Assembly (NCBI GenBank): GCA_963921275.4
Contig: OZ001293.3
Span: 2,752,001 to 2,816,000 of the forward strand
Origin: an uncultured Hormoscilla sp.
Lineage (GTDB): Bacteria > Cyanobacteriota > Cyanobacteriia > Cyanobacteriales > Desertifilaceae
DNA length: 64,000 nt
Reading direction: 5' to 3'
In this document: in pieces, positions 21,777 to 32,480 of the stretch
Layout: each line of letters starts with the position of its first letter
Position numbering within the stretch: position 1 is the stretch's first letter
The notes under the pieces: model-generated
Seen by the model: the letters and a program-made list of their open reading frames with translations, nothing else
Databases searched by the model: none
Told to the model about the DNA's origin: nothing
Made by a program: the position numbers and the translations under genes

Positions 21777-23756
21777 TTACCAGAAATAGCCTTCTTGGAC
21801 GATCGTCTGACCTGCGGTAGAGTCGTACTGGAGGAGATATTCGCGGGCGATCGCATTTTGTTTGCGAAGATTTTCCACTTCTGTTTCGCCAATTTCGGTA
21901 TCAGTAGAGAGGAGAATCACCTGATGAGAAGCAGAGGGGAAGTAACGTTCGATCAAGTTTTGACGGTGTTCGGAATCTAGACGTCCCAAGGGAGTGTCAA
22001 TGGCCACGGGTAATTGCCGGGCAGAAACTCGGGCTAATCCCCAGAGGAAGGAAATGGCTAAGAGTTGTTTTTCTCCGGCGGAAAGACGATTTTTGGGCAC
22101 TGGTTTTCCTTGGGGGTCGAACAGAGAGAGGCTAAAATTCTGGGTATCGATCGCCACCCGATGGACCAGGTCTGATTTGTGCAGGAGATAGCGAAAACAT
22201 TCTGTGACTTCACCTTCGAGTTTATTGAGTTTTTTCAGGGTCAATTTTTCCCGAAACAGCTTGAGGGTGTTTTGGACTCTCGCAGCAGCCTTGAGAAAAT
22301 GCTGGTCGTTGGCGATCTTGAGGCTTTCTTCAGTATACTGGTGCAATTCCTTTTTGATTTTATCGATCGCCTGTTCTGATTCTTTGCGGCGGCGATCGCA
22401 GTTTTCCCAAGCAGCGCGGGCCTTAGCGACTTCTGTTTGGGTCTGGGTGACGCCCTCTTGCAACTTTTCATAGGCTTCTGGTGCGGCGGCGGCGGCTATT
22501 CTTTTCTCAAGGGCATGCATTTCTATTTCTAGCTGCTTGAGTTGTGCCAATTTTTCCGATCCTGTTGCTTGAGCCGCTTGGATATGATAACCTAGAAGAG
22601 ACTGTAATTGCTTGACTGCCTCGGGGTCTGCGAGTAACCAAGGTTCAGCCGTTTCTAAGGTTTGGGCTAAGGCCAAGTTTTCTTGGTCGAGAAAAGATTG
22701 AATTTTCTCAAGCAGCTCCACCTGTAAGGAGAGTTGGGTGAGATAATCCAGGAGGCGGCGATCGCGATCGTGCAAAACATCCCGAGTCATTTTCGCCTGA
22801 GAGTAGCGGGCTTCCGTTTCTGCTTGGGCTAGGGCCTGAGTGAGAAGGGATGAAATTAAAGCTAAGGGTATTGACCCAGCAGCTAATTCTCTCATCTCCT
22901 GACAACTCTTATCTGCCTGGTCCTTTAAGTCCTGGAGTTTTTTGTCGAGCAGGTTGCGATCGGCTGCTATTTGGCCGCCTTCAGAGAGAAAGTTCTCTGA
23001 TGCTTGGCGATATCTTTTCTGGGCAATGTCTAGCTTCTTTTTCAGTTCTCCTCCTTCCGCGATCGCGGCATCTTTTTCCTTAGCATGTTGCTGGAGTTTT
23101 TGTTCGATTTCATCCAGGTTGGCGAGTTCCTTGGCGTTGGCAAGGGCTTTTTGCTTGCGTCGAACTAAGATATTAAGATCCTGAGAGAGACGTTCCGCTA
23201 GTTCTAACCCTAACATAGATTCGATCGCCTGAACGACTAAAGGGGGAGGAATTTCCAGTTCTGCGAGTTCCTTCACCTGTTCTCCATCAAACAGGAAAAG
23301 ATTAGAAATGCCCAGGGGCAGGAGATTTTCAATGTACTCATCCCAGGTATCAGCCAAGTATGGGTCAGGCCAATCATTGTCAAGAATACCTAAAGTATCT
23401 TTACCATCTTTAGGGTTTTTTGTCCAAGTGCGGACAATGCGGTATTCGACTAGCTTATCGTTAAGGACATGTTGAAAAGCTAATTCAACCCGGGTATTTT
23501 CTCCAGGGGGAGTATTGCGGTTAACACACTGGGAGAGAAAATCGCCATAATTCAAATTACCACGATTAGAACATTGGGCGCGAATGCCGTAAAGGGCGAG
23601 GCGAATAGCATCCATCAGGGTAGTTTTGCCGCCGCCATTCATGCCACCAAAGAGGATAATGGGGCGAGTATTGTCATCAGCTTCTGGACGGAGGTTAATG
23701 ACTTGTTTTTCCAGATAGGGACCAAAGTTTTCTAGTACGAGTTCTGTAAAAATCAA
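21777..23756 (-). CDS. dndD: DNA sulfur modification protein DndD (SMC-like ATPase)
   Basis: GGMNGGGKTT, FLFDGEQ, LSAGEKQ, IDTPLGRLDS.HR, LSTDTEI. Confidence 0.95.
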   Translation of the reverse strand: MIFTELVLENFGPYLEKQVINLRPEADDNTRPIILFGGMNGGGKTTLMDAIRLALYGIRAQCSNRGNLNYGDFLSQCVNRNTPPGENTRVELAFQHVLNDKLVEYRIVRTWTKNPKDGKDTLGILDNDWPDPYLADTWDEYIENLLPLGISNLFLFDGEQVKELAELEIPPPLVVQAIESMLGLELAERLSQDLNILVRRKQKALANAKELANLDEIEQKLQQHAKEKDAAIAEGGELKKKLDIAQKRYRQASENFLSEGGQIAADRNLLDKKLQDLKDQADKSCQEMRELAAGSIPLALISSLLTQALAQAETEARYSQAKMTRDVLHDRDRRLLDYLTQLSLQVELLEKIQSFLDQENLALAQTLETAEPWLLADPEAVKQLQSLLGYHIQAAQATGSEKLAQLKQLEIEMHALEKRIAAAAAPEAYEKLQEGVTQTQTEVAKARAAWENCDRRRKESEQAIDKIKKELHQYTEESLKIANDQHFLKAAARVQNTLKLFREKLTLKKLNKLEGEVTECFRYLLHKSDLVHRVAIDTQNFSLSLFDPQGKPVPKNRLSAGEKQLLAISFLWGLARVSARQLPVAIDTPLGRLDSEHRQNLIERYFPSASHQVILLSTDTEIGETEVENLRKQNAIAREYLLQYDSTAGQTIVQEGYFW

Positions 23757-23905
23757 GGTGATGCCTCATAAAGAAATACAAAAATATCTCGTTCCCTGAC
23801 TCTGGCAGGGAACGAAATCTAGAGGCTCTGCCTCGGGTTAGTTTCTCGCTTTGGCAGATCCTCTAAGCTACCAATTCCAGGACTGCCCGACTGCCCACCC
23901 TACAA

Positions 23906-25546
23906 CTAATCTTGAGATTGATATTTTAAGCTTGCCCAAGTTAGCTGTTTAACGGAACTCTGTTTAGAGGAAGTCTCATTTTTAACTGAGCCTACGTCGT
24001 TATCAGAAGTCTGTTCACGGGAATCCATATTTTTTTTAATCGAGTCTACATCCCCATCAGAAGCAGCATTCTTCAATTCCAGCTTTTGGTGGGCATTTTG
24101 AATTGCGTCCTCTTGGGAACGAGAACTGGTTTCAAAGCATTTTTCCAGCTTTTCGTATATGCCCACGCGACGGGCCATGTTATGATACTGGCGTTCCGTA
24201 TCTAGCAATTTGGCCATCAGTTCCAAGTGCATGGCATCCAGGTGATTAGCATCATCCTTACAGACATCTTCGAGGATATTCCACTCATCGGTGCCTAGCA
24301 GACGGTTGCTGGCGATCGCGAGGTCTTGGAAAGGTTCGCCAAGTACCTCCTCGTAAATACGGGGCAAGCTGTCATCAAATTCATGTTTTTCTTCTAGCCA
24401 GATGCGGTGAATTTCGCTCAGTTCCTCTTGGGAGATCAGGGTGATGTCCTGCATATCTGCAGGTGCGGTGCGACGAATTTGGATTTGAGCCGTAAGAACT
24501 TTCTTGAGCCATTCTTCTCGCCATTCCTTAGTATAAGGACCAGGAATGGGTTGTACTGATATTTCCCCATCTACATTGCGCTCAAAGAGTTCTACTTTAC
24601 CATAAATGCGACGGAAATCTCTCTTGTCATGATCGTTCTTAGCATCCAATTCATTGCGGATATCGAGTAGAGGCTGCATCCATTCTTTCTCTTCATCATT
24701 CTGGATCATCGCTGTCATAGACTTATCTTTATTGACTATTGTGCAAACCCAACAGCCAAAACGGGAATCACCACAGCTTGGGGTAGAGGTATCGACAACT
24801 AGGGGACATTCATTATCTGCTGTCGCACCCTGATACATGGCTAGTAGATCTTTGTTGTTATTTCCCCAAGGATTCTCCCACTGCATCAAATAAAGCCAAA
24901 CTTCATTAGTACGCCAATCTTCAATAGGGAGATAAATCAGAGAATTAGGTCTGCTGGGATTACTGTTCAAGCGATCGCGAAACCGCCATTCTCTATGTTT
25001 AGCCATATTTGCAGCCCGTTTAAAACTTTCAGCCTTGCGAGTTCCCAGAACAAGAATCACTTCACCGCTATTTCTAATCATTTCGCGGATAAAAGAGTCC
25101 GCTGGACTAATTTTTAAGCGTTCAGTACACCACCTGAATCTATTTCTAGGTGCCGGATATCCCTTTCCAATCAAACATACCCAGAATGTTTCTTTAACTT
25201 CTGGATAAGTTAGATGGGGTTTAATTGGCATTTCTTGTTCTTTCGCAGCCGTTTTCATTCTTTCTATGGATTTGCTTACCCATACAGATACTACAGGATT
25301 TTCTACCAAAGTATCATTTGTAAGAACATGAATTGTTTTAGTGCGTTTTTCTTTTGGAAGTTCCGCGATCGCCTTCCATATTAGCTGCAACACTGCTGTT
25401 GAATCCTTACCACCACTCCAGCCAACAACAAATGGAATATCATCTTGACAATATAACTCTTGGATTTCTTTGGTTAGTTTTTCTAGATATTCCACCAACT
25501 CTGCAACTGTACGCTGCGGAAATAGTGACATTTGCTTTTTTATCAT
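23906..25546 (-). CDS. dndC: Phosphorothioation sulfurtransferase DndC
   Basis: SGGKDS, RWCTERLKI, ECPLVVD, SRFGCWVCT; start placed at the ATG after an AGGAG. Confidence 0.95.
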   Translation of the reverse strand: MIKKQMSLFPQRTVAELVEYLEKLTKEIQELYCQDDIPFVVGWSGGKDSTAVLQLIWKAIAELPKEKRTKTIHVLTNDTLVENPVVSVWVSKSIERMKTAAKEQEMPIKPHLTYPEVKETFWVCLIGKGYPAPRNRFRWCTERLKISPADSFIREMIRNSGEVILVLGTRKAESFKRAANMAKHREWRFRDRLNSNPSRPNSLIYLPIEDWRTNEVWLYLMQWENPWGNNNKDLLAMYQGATADNECPLVVDTSTPSCGDSRFGCWVCTIVNKDKSMTAMIQNDEEKEWMQPLLDIRNELDAKNDHDKRDFRRIYGKVELFERNVDGEISVQPIPGPYTKEWREEWLKKVLTAQIQIRRTAPADMQDITLISQEELSEIHRIWLEEKHEFDDSLPRIYEEVLGEPFQDLAIASNRLLGTDEWNILEDVCKDDANHLDAMHLELMAKLLDTERQYHNMARRVGIYEKLEKCFETSSRSQEDAIQNAHQKLELKNAASDGDVDSIKKNMDSREQTSDNDVGSVKNETSSKQSSVKQLTWASLKYQSQD

Positions 25547-25586
25547 CTCTGACAACTCCTGATGAAATATATTGCTAACATTTATC

Positions 25587-26561
25587 CTATGATCTAAATA
25601 CGTTTTTGCGATGCCACTGGATTGCTTCAATTCTTGGGAAGTATTTCTCATAACTTGGCAACAGGATCATCTCGTCGTTAAAAGCTATCATTGGTCTAGC
25701 GTATGGTGATTCCTCTTGTAAATCGCTGGAGATAATAATTTTGTAATCATCATCTATGCTAAACAAGCCATGATCGAATGCCCAATGATGGTTTTTGCAA
25801 AAAGATATTCCGTTATCAATCCTGCTATCAAAAAACTTTGCTAACGGTTTAATATGAGATCCGTCTACAATGTTCTGAGTAAGGGAATTAGTCACTTTCA
25901 GCCTACAAAATGCACATCTATAATCGTAAATATGTACAACTGCCTTACGAAAAAATGCATTTCTCACTACTGAATTTTTTATATTAAATCTTCGTTCATT
26001 ATCCCTATTGTTATATTTATCGTTTTTTTCAGTTGCTTTCAATGTTAAATCATGAAAATTTTGATTGATATTTATAAGATATCCAATTTTTTTTTTGCTA
26101 GATGTAAACCATGCGCTACTAAGGCATCAATTAATTCTTTTCTGGAGTTTTCATCTATAATAAACTCAAACAATTCATCGTCAACATATGCATATTCAAC
26201 GTCTTCTCTTAATTTAGGAATCGTTTGTGGACGACCTCCATCATATTGAGAACTAAACTTTAAATACCAAAATTTATGCTTTTTATTTTTCGTATTCTTT
26301 AGATGAAAAAATGGTAGGACAAAGTCACTGCTTTTAAATGACCCAGAACCCAGAATTTTCCAATATTTTTTGAAATTTTCTATCAATTCATCGGAAATGT
26401 GAATCTGATTAAACTTTATTCTGCCTTGTGCAATTATATCTATGACAGATAAAAGCATTATTGGTTGATTGGGAGCATTTCCTCTATAGACCTGAATATT
26501 AGCAAAATGTTTGCAATAGTACGCCAGATTTCGCGGCGACTGACTGTTGTCCTGTACTCAT
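25587..26561 (-). pseudogene. SBD-HNH endonuclease-like gene with two frameshifts
   Basis: Reconstructed APNQPIMLLS and PFFHL motifs; C-terminal CAFC..SHIKP..NG...CKNHHWAFD HNH. Confidence 0.8.
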
Positions 26562-26809
26562 TCGCACCTCCTTGCTTAAACCCGATCGCCCCTACTGCCT
26601 CCCCTACTACCGGTACCCACAAACACTTTTCCCAATTCTCACGATACATTTTCATCAGCGTACCACGCGCTGCCCCTACTTCTCTAAGGGCGATCGCCGG
26701 TAATTAGCCGATCGCTCAACCCCACAGGACACCTGGAGAAGTAATATCCCCGTCCCCCATTAATCCCTCTGATGACCGGCAATACATCCTCGCCAGCAGT
26801 AATCACCAT
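26562..26809 (-). pseudogene. dndB: Collapsed dndB relic
   Basis: VLPVIRGINGGRGYYFSRCPV resembles the DndB N-terminus as I recall it; sits at the expected operon position. Confidence 0.6.
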
Positions 26810-26912
26810 AACACCATTTCCCTAGTATCCATTTTTTACAAACCATCTTGTTGATATATCCCATCATGACAGATTAATCTGAAAAAGTCAAGGATATTTT
26901 GAAAAATTCCCG

Positions 26913-28514
26913 ATGATGAACAGCCTACCTTCCACCGGCAACATTGCTGACCAAATCCTAGAACAGGAAAGAAAGGAACGAGAGGCTCTGGCGGTTCTAC
27001 TCGATCGCCATTTGGCCCGCAACGACAAGATCCTGGTTCAGAAAACCGAGATGGGGGGGACTGAAGCTTATGTCGGTGCCGTCACCCTGGAGTGGTTTGC
27101 CAGTCGCGTTCGCTTTGCCTCTCGCTTGCCCCTGTTCCGCCAACATGTCAACCAGCAGACGGATAACGTGGACATTGACGCTGACAGCATTGAGATAATT
27201 CAGCAGCGACCCCTGGACTGGTCCCGCCAAGCTCCCTTGGCACAGTATTTGGCAGCTCGCAAAACTCACAAGTTTCCACCGGTGCTAGTGGTGGTTAACA
27301 GACCTTGGGTAGACGAACCCACTGCCCAGGAATGGGACGCTTACGGACTGGCCACTAAATCTGCTGCTGATTTTACGCCCCTGGATGCCAACGGTAAGGT
27401 CGGTCTGCTGGACGTTTCCGAAGATGTGACCATTTTTGCCCTCGACGGTCAACACCGACTGATGGGGGTTCAGGGTCTGATGGAGTTGATCAAAACTGGC
27501 AAACTCGAACGGTACAAAAAAGATAAAAAACCTCTAGGCGCTTTCATTACTGTTGAGGATCTCCGACAAGAGTACCACATCGAACCTGCTTATTTGCAAA
27601 ACTTGGCCAAGGAAAAGATTGGCATCGAGTTCATTTCCGCAATAGTTACTGGGGAGTCTCGCGAAGAGGCCCGACGACGAATTAGATCTATCTTCGTTCA
27701 CGTTAACCTGATGGCGACTCCTTTAAGCAAAGGTCAGTTGGCACAACTGAATGAAGATAATGGTTTTGCTATTGTTGCTAGAAAAATTGCTGTCTCCCAT
27801 CCTTTATTAAAAGATGTAGAGGACCGCAATCCTCGTGTAAACTGGGATAGCGCTACTGTTGCTGCTAAGTCCACCGTTTTGACTACCCTTCAGGCCCTTC
27901 AGGAAATGTGCGATCGCTACTTGGGCCATAGATTTCCTCACTGGAAATCTTCCGAAAAGAAGGGTTTAATTCCCATGTGCCCGGAGGATGAGGAACTGGA
28001 AAAAGGAATTTCCGAGTTTAAGCAGTTGTTCGACCATTTGGCAACTCTCCCCAGCTATCGGAGACTGGAAGAGGGGACGGAAACCCTGGAAATGCGGCGC
28101 TTCAGTTTTGAGAAGGATGGGGGCGAAGGGAATTTATTATTCCGTCCTGTGGGACAAATTGCCTTGACTCAGGCCCTAGGTATCTTAGTATTTAAGAATG
28201 ATTTTTCCTTGACAGCCATTTTCCAGAAACTGGGACAATACGACGCTAATGGTGGATTCAGTGGTATGGATAAACCTGAATCTTTATGGTATGGTATTTT
28301 GTACGATCCTAATAAAAGGCGAGTCCTCGTGGCGGGGCGGGATCTGGCAGCGAAGTTAATCGTTTATATTGTAGCTGGTACTGACGATGATATGGAACGG
28401 GCGGAACTGCGACGTTTACTTGCTTTGTCGAGAACGATCGAAGATCGAGCTATGGGTTTTGATGGTAAATTTACTGAACCCAGAGATGTAGGATTGCCAC
28501 CCGTTATTAATTAA
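26913..28514 (+). CDS. DGQHR-domain (DndB-related) protein
   Basis: QRPLD, LDGQHR motif; divergent from the dnd operon. Confidence 0.9.
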   Translation: MMNSLPSTGNIADQILEQERKEREALAVLLDRHLARNDKILVQKTEMGGTEAYVGAVTLEWFASRVRFASRLPLFRQHVNQQTDNVDIDADSIEIIQQRPLDWSRQAPLAQYLAARKTHKFPPVLVVVNRPWVDEPTAQEWDAYGLATKSAADFTPLDANGKVGLLDVSEDVTIFALDGQHRLMGVQGLMELIKTGKLERYKKDKKPLGAFITVEDLRQEYHIEPAYLQNLAKEKIGIEFISAIVTGESREEARRRIRSIFVHVNLMATPLSKGQLAQLNEDNGFAIVARKIAVSHPLLKDVEDRNPRVNWDSATVAAKSTVLTTLQALQEMCDRYLGHRFPHWKSSEKKGLIPMCPEDEELEKGISEFKQLFDHLATLPSYRRLEEGTETLEMRRFSFEKDGGEGNLLFRPVGQIALTQALGILVFKNDFSLTAIFQKLGQYDANGGFSGMDKPESLWYGILYDPNKRRVLVAGRDLAAKLIVYIVAGTDDDMERAELRRLLALSRTIEDRAMGFDGKFTEPRDVGLPPVIN

Positions 28515-28624
28515 GTTATTATTTAGGGCACCATCTCACCCTAATCGGTTAGTTATGAGTGCGATCGCCTTCTCCAGAAGTGGTTACCCTAGTATGAGGC
28601 TGTAGAAAATTCGATTCCATACCA

Positions 28625-28727
28625 TACGAACTGTCCGCAAACGCTAAAGCGTTTACTACGAACTGTCCGCAAACGCTAAAGCGTTTACTACGAACTGTTC
28701 GCAAACGCTAAAGCGTTTACTACGAAC
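28625..28727. repeat. 3 x 32-bp tandem repeat
   Basis: Unit TACGAACTGTCCGCAAACGCTAAAGCGTTTAC; related sequences at ~7723-7776 and ~29298-29323. Confidence 0.95.
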
Positions 28728-28900
28728 CAGCGATCGAGCCATGCATGGACCGGTAGCTAAAGGCGTCCTGCCGGTTCCAGCTCGATTTTTCGGGCCGTCC
28801 GCGGACCGATCGCTGGCTGGAATATTTGAAGATAAGGCGCAAGTTAGCTTATAATTAAGAGAATGTTAAGTTATCCGCAAAAAATAATTGAGTGTTACTT

Positions 28901-29239
28901 ATGGCTGAAATTCAGTTTTCCAGAGGCATTACCGAAACAGATGTACCGAAAGTGGGTCTCACCCGCGCCAAGAGGGGCAACAGCGGTACGGCCAAGTTCA
29001 TTTTTACAAATCCCACGGTGTTTCAAGAGGGCAACACCCAAGAAGTTACTGGTATGTACATGATTGATGAAGAGGGCGAACTGATGACTCGGGACGTGAA
29101 CGCTAAGTTCGTTAATGGTCAGCCAGCAACAATAGAAGTATTATATCTGATGAACTCCCAGGCAGAATGGGACCGCTTTATGCGTTTCATGGAGCGCTAT
29201 GCCGAGCAGCATGGCCTGGGCTTTAGTAAATCTAAATAG
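28901..29239 (+). CDS. psb28: Photosystem II assembly factor Psb28
   Basis: MAEIQFSRG...[18 protein letters not shown]. Confidence 0.97.
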   Translation: MAEIQFSRGITETDVPKVGLTRAKRGNSGTAKFIFTNPTVFQEGNTQEVTGMYMIDEEGELMTRDVNAKFVNGQPATIEVLYLMNSQAEWDRFMRFMERYAEQHGLGFSKSK

Positions 29240-29330
29240 TCCTCATGAATTGCTTACTCTCGTTCCCAGGTTATACATGGGAACGAGTCAAACTGCGAAA
29301 GCGCTAAAGCGCTTACTACGAACGAAAAAT

Positions 29331-29864
29331 ATGACCCTCTTACCTCACCCAGATCGCCCTAGAATGACGGTAAATTGTGCTGTGATTACCGTTAGCGATA
29401 CCCGCACGCCCGAAACGGACCGCAGCGGTCAGCTAATTAAACAGTTACTCCAAGAAAAGGGGCATGCGATCGCGGCTTACAAGATATTAAAAGACGAACC
29501 TGCCCAAATTAAAACCCTGCTGCAAGAGTTATGTAGTCGCCCGGACCTAGATGCTCTCATATTAAATGGGGGCACGGGTATTGCCCCCAGGGATACTACC
29601 TATGATGCCATTCAAAGTTTACTAGAAAAACAATTGCCCGGCTTTGGTGAATTGTTTCGCGCCGCTAGCTTTCAAGAAATTGGTTCTCGGGCGATCGCCT
29701 CTCGCGCCTGTGCTGGAGTATATCAGTCCAAAATCATCTTCTCAATACCAGGTTCCACAGGTGCAGTCAAACTTGCCCTGGAACAGCTAATTTTACCCGA
29801 AATCGTTCACCTCGTTTCAGTTATTAGTGACCCGTATCCCGATGCAAGCGCCGCGATACCCTAA
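29331..29864 (+). CDS. MogA/MoaB molybdenum cofactor biosynthesis protein
   Basis: ITVSDTR, GGTGIAPRDTT, SIPGS. Confidence 0.92.
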   Translation: MTLLPHPDRPRMTVNCAVITVSDTRTPETDRSGQLIKQLLQEKGHAIAAYKILKDEPAQIKTLLQELCSRPDLDALILNGGTGIAPRDTTYDAIQSLLEKQLPGFGELFRAASFQEIGSRAIASRACAGVYQSKIIFSIPGSTGAVKLALEQLILPEIVHLVSVISDPYPDASAAIP

Positions 29865-30091
29865 AGGGTATCGCTACATCAACTAAGTCCGCCTGCGCGG
29901 ACTGGGTTTTTTCTCCTCCCATACCCCCTCGCGCCGCGATACCCTAAAGGGTATCACTACATCAACTAAGTCCGCCTGCGCGGACTGGGTTTTTTCTCCT
30001 CCCATACCCCCTCGCGCCGCGATACCCTAAAGGGTATCACTACATCAACTAAGTCCGCCTGCGCGGACTGGGTTTTTTCTCCCCCCCCCCT
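29848..30091. repeat. 3 x 83-bp tandem repeat, two hairpins per unit
   Basis: Units start at 29848, 29931, 30014. Confidence 0.95.
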
Positions 30092-31423
30092 TTAGGGTGC
30101 GGCTACCCTTGATTTTTCTTCATCATTTATACTCTCATTAATTGCCAAAGGTTTGGGATAAATTTCTACCGTTAAAGTGGCGAGCGCCCTTGCATACTGA
30201 GGGTCTTGCTGAGTAGCGAGTAACTTGGGGTTTCGGAGCAAGCGCCGCAACTGCTTATCTGTCATTTTTATCTCGATATCGGGAGTGATGCCTGTTTGAC
30301 TAATATCCGTTCCCTTAGGCGTGTAATAATGAGCCACAGTCACCGCCAACCCCGAGCCATCCGAGAGGGCATGTACCGCCTGCACTAAAGCCTTACCAAA
30401 AGTTTGAGTACCGATCACTTTAGCCCGTTTATGGTCTTGCAAAGCCCCTGTTAAAATCTCGCTAGAACTCGCAGAATTACCATCTACAAGCACCGCTAAA
30501 GGTAGTTTAGTTAGAGCTGTGCGATTAGCTTTAAGAGCTTCGCGGTTTCCATCACGGTCTATAGTGCTGACAATAGCACCTTTATCCATCCACATGCGAG
30601 CAATTTCAATTGACGCCTGCAACAGACCTCCAGGGTTACCGCGCATATCTAACACAAAATCATCCACCTGTTGCTCTTGCAGATCCGTGATCGATCGCTC
30701 CATCTGTTCGGCGGCGTGGGAACTAAAATCAGACAAGCGGATATAACCTATGCGTAAATTTCCTTCTTCCTTCAGAGCATAATTTACCGCAGGTACTTCT
30801 ATCTTTGCCCGCGTCAGTTCTACTTCAAATATACCTCGACCCGGTCGTGACAGTTCTAGAGTCACCTCCGTCCCTACTTCCCCCCGAATCAGCTTAACCG
30901 CAGCTTTCAAGCTCATGTTTTCCGTTGATTTGCCGTCGATCGCCAATATCTGATCGCCCGCTTGGATACCTGCTGCGGCAGCTGGAGAATTTTTATAGGG
31001 TTTGACCACAGTAATACTTTTAGTTTCGCGATCAAACTCTAAACTCACGCCCACTCCTGACAGTTCTCCCGACGTTTGCTCAGTTAGTTTTTGAAATTGT
31101 TCGGGGTCCAAAAAGCGAGTGTAGGGGTCATCTAACTTTCGTAACTTTGCCCGGATCGCCGCATAAGCCTGTTTCTTGCTCGTATATTCTTTACCCAATA
31201 AACTGTGGCGCACGTCTTGCCAATCTACTTGATTAAATGTCGGATCTACATATTCCCGATTGACAATTTGCCAGGTCTCGTCTACAATTGTTTTGGGACT
31301 ATCCTCTAGGACCGCCTGTCCCGATTTACTCCATGCTGGCAGCATTAATGACAAACTGGTCGTCGCCGCGATCGCTACACTTACTATTGCCAATTTCTCG
31401 ATCCCTTTTTCATACTGATTCAT
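30092..31423 (-). CDS. C-terminal processing protease (S41, CtpA/B/C family)
   Basis: DPYTRF, PDZ, DMRGNPGG, SASSSEI, TFGKA. Confidence 0.93.
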   Translation of the reverse strand: MNQYEKGIEKLAIVSVAIAATTSLSLMLPAWSKSGQAVLEDSPKTIVDETWQIVNREYVDPTFNQVDWQDVRHSLLGKEYTSKKQAYAAIRAKLRKLDDPYTRFLDPEQFQKLTEQTSGELSGVGVSLEFDRETKSITVVKPYKNSPAAAAGIQAGDQILAIDGKSTENMSLKAAVKLIRGEVGTEVTLELSRPGRGIFEVELTRAKIEVPAVNYALKEEGNLRIGYIRLSDFSSHAAEQMERSITDLQEQQVDDFVLDMRGNPGGLLQASIEIARMWMDKGAIVSTIDRDGNREALKANRTALTKLPLAVLVDGNSASSSEILTGALQDHKRAKVIGTQTFGKALVQAVHALSDGSGLAVTVAHYYTPKGTDISQTGITPDIEIKMTDKQLRRLLRNPKLLATQQDPQYARALATLTVEIYPKPLAINESINDEEKSRVAAP

Positions 31424-31733
31424 CTTAGTTCCTACCCAGGTTTTTGGCTCGCGATTTCTCACAATAATTTGCAGCACTCAGGCTCTGACGCTATGCTGAC
31501 TGCCTAGACGCAACATTTCCGGCTCTCATAACTCTGGTTCTCTTCTCTATTATAGCTTTAAGAAAGCGAAGCCCTTGCCTTTGTTCCTATAATTTTTAGC
31601 TGCTTTTAATAACTTCCTCTCCTCATGGGAGCCTTAACATTAATTTACATAATTCGCTATCGAGACGAAGAAGCCACAAACAACACCCAAATATCGAGGA
31701 CATCGCCAGTGGTTACGGGCCCCTGGGCTGGGG

Positions 31734-32336
31734 TTGAATCTGGTTACCAGCATCATGCTACTGGGAAATGCGATCGCCCTTTTGCAAGCTGCCCATGGAC
31801 CGGTAGATGCCTATCTCGTGCTTGGAGGTAGCATTCGTCGGGAAATATACGTAGCCTCCCTAGCCAAACAACAGCCTGACATTCCGATCTTAATTTCCCA
31901 AGGCTCCTCAGACCCCTGCATAGTCCTCATTTTTCAGCGAGATGGCGCACCCATGTCAGGAGTTTGGCTGGAAAAATGCGCCCGATCGACCTTTGACAAC
32001 TTCTACTTTAGTCTAGCAATTTTACAGCAATGGGGGGTACGCAAGGTGCAGGTAATTACCTCCCCCACCCATCTCCCTCGGGCGAAATGGCTAGGTCAAA
32101 TCATCCTTGGCGCTCGCGGCATGTGGGTGGATACTTATACTGTAAAGGAAAAAGGCATTCCTGGCAATCGCGAGTCATGGCTCAAGACCAGTCTTGATGT
32201 CACTCGCGCTTTAGTCTGGGCTGTCCTTAGTCAATTTTACCAGCCGAGTTGCTCGGAACTGTTGCCCCTTACCCAGGTTAACATGAATTATTGGCAACAG
32301 CAAGGTTTTCATTGCGAACATCAAGGTGGTTTGTGA
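31734..32336 (+). CDS. YdcF/DUF218-family protein
   Basis: LVLGG, STFDN, ITSPTHLPRA; start uncertain. Confidence 0.75.
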   Translation: MNLVTSIMLLGNAIALLQAAHGPVDAYLVLGGSIRREIYVASLAKQQPDIPILISQGSSDPCIVLIFQRDGAPMSGVWLEKCARSTFDNFYFSLAILQQWGVRKVQVITSPTHLPRAKWLGQIILGARGMWVDTYTVKEKGIPGNRESWLKTSLDVTRALVWAVLSQFYQPSCSELLPLTQVNMNYWQQQGFHCEHQGGL

Positions 32337-32480
32337 ATTGTGAATTACTAATGGCTAATTGTTAATTGCGAACCGGGGCACGGCTGGGGTACAATTATTT
32401 TCGTTTATCCCGTTCATCTCCTGATGCCGTGCCCCTACCAGATTTTGCTAATTGATAATTCACAATTCACCATTTAAAAT

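Noticed and set aside
26087..26096. T10 tract as a phase-variation switch for the HNH gene
   Set aside because: The tract reads in frame with the downstream ORF, the shift maps slightly upstream, and a second lesion exists
28625..28727. 32-bp repeats as a CRISPR array
   Set aside because: Units are head-to-tail with no spacers, and there are no cas genes
29848..30091. 83-bp repeats as a CRISPR array
   Set aside because: Whole units are near-identical, so there are no unique spacers
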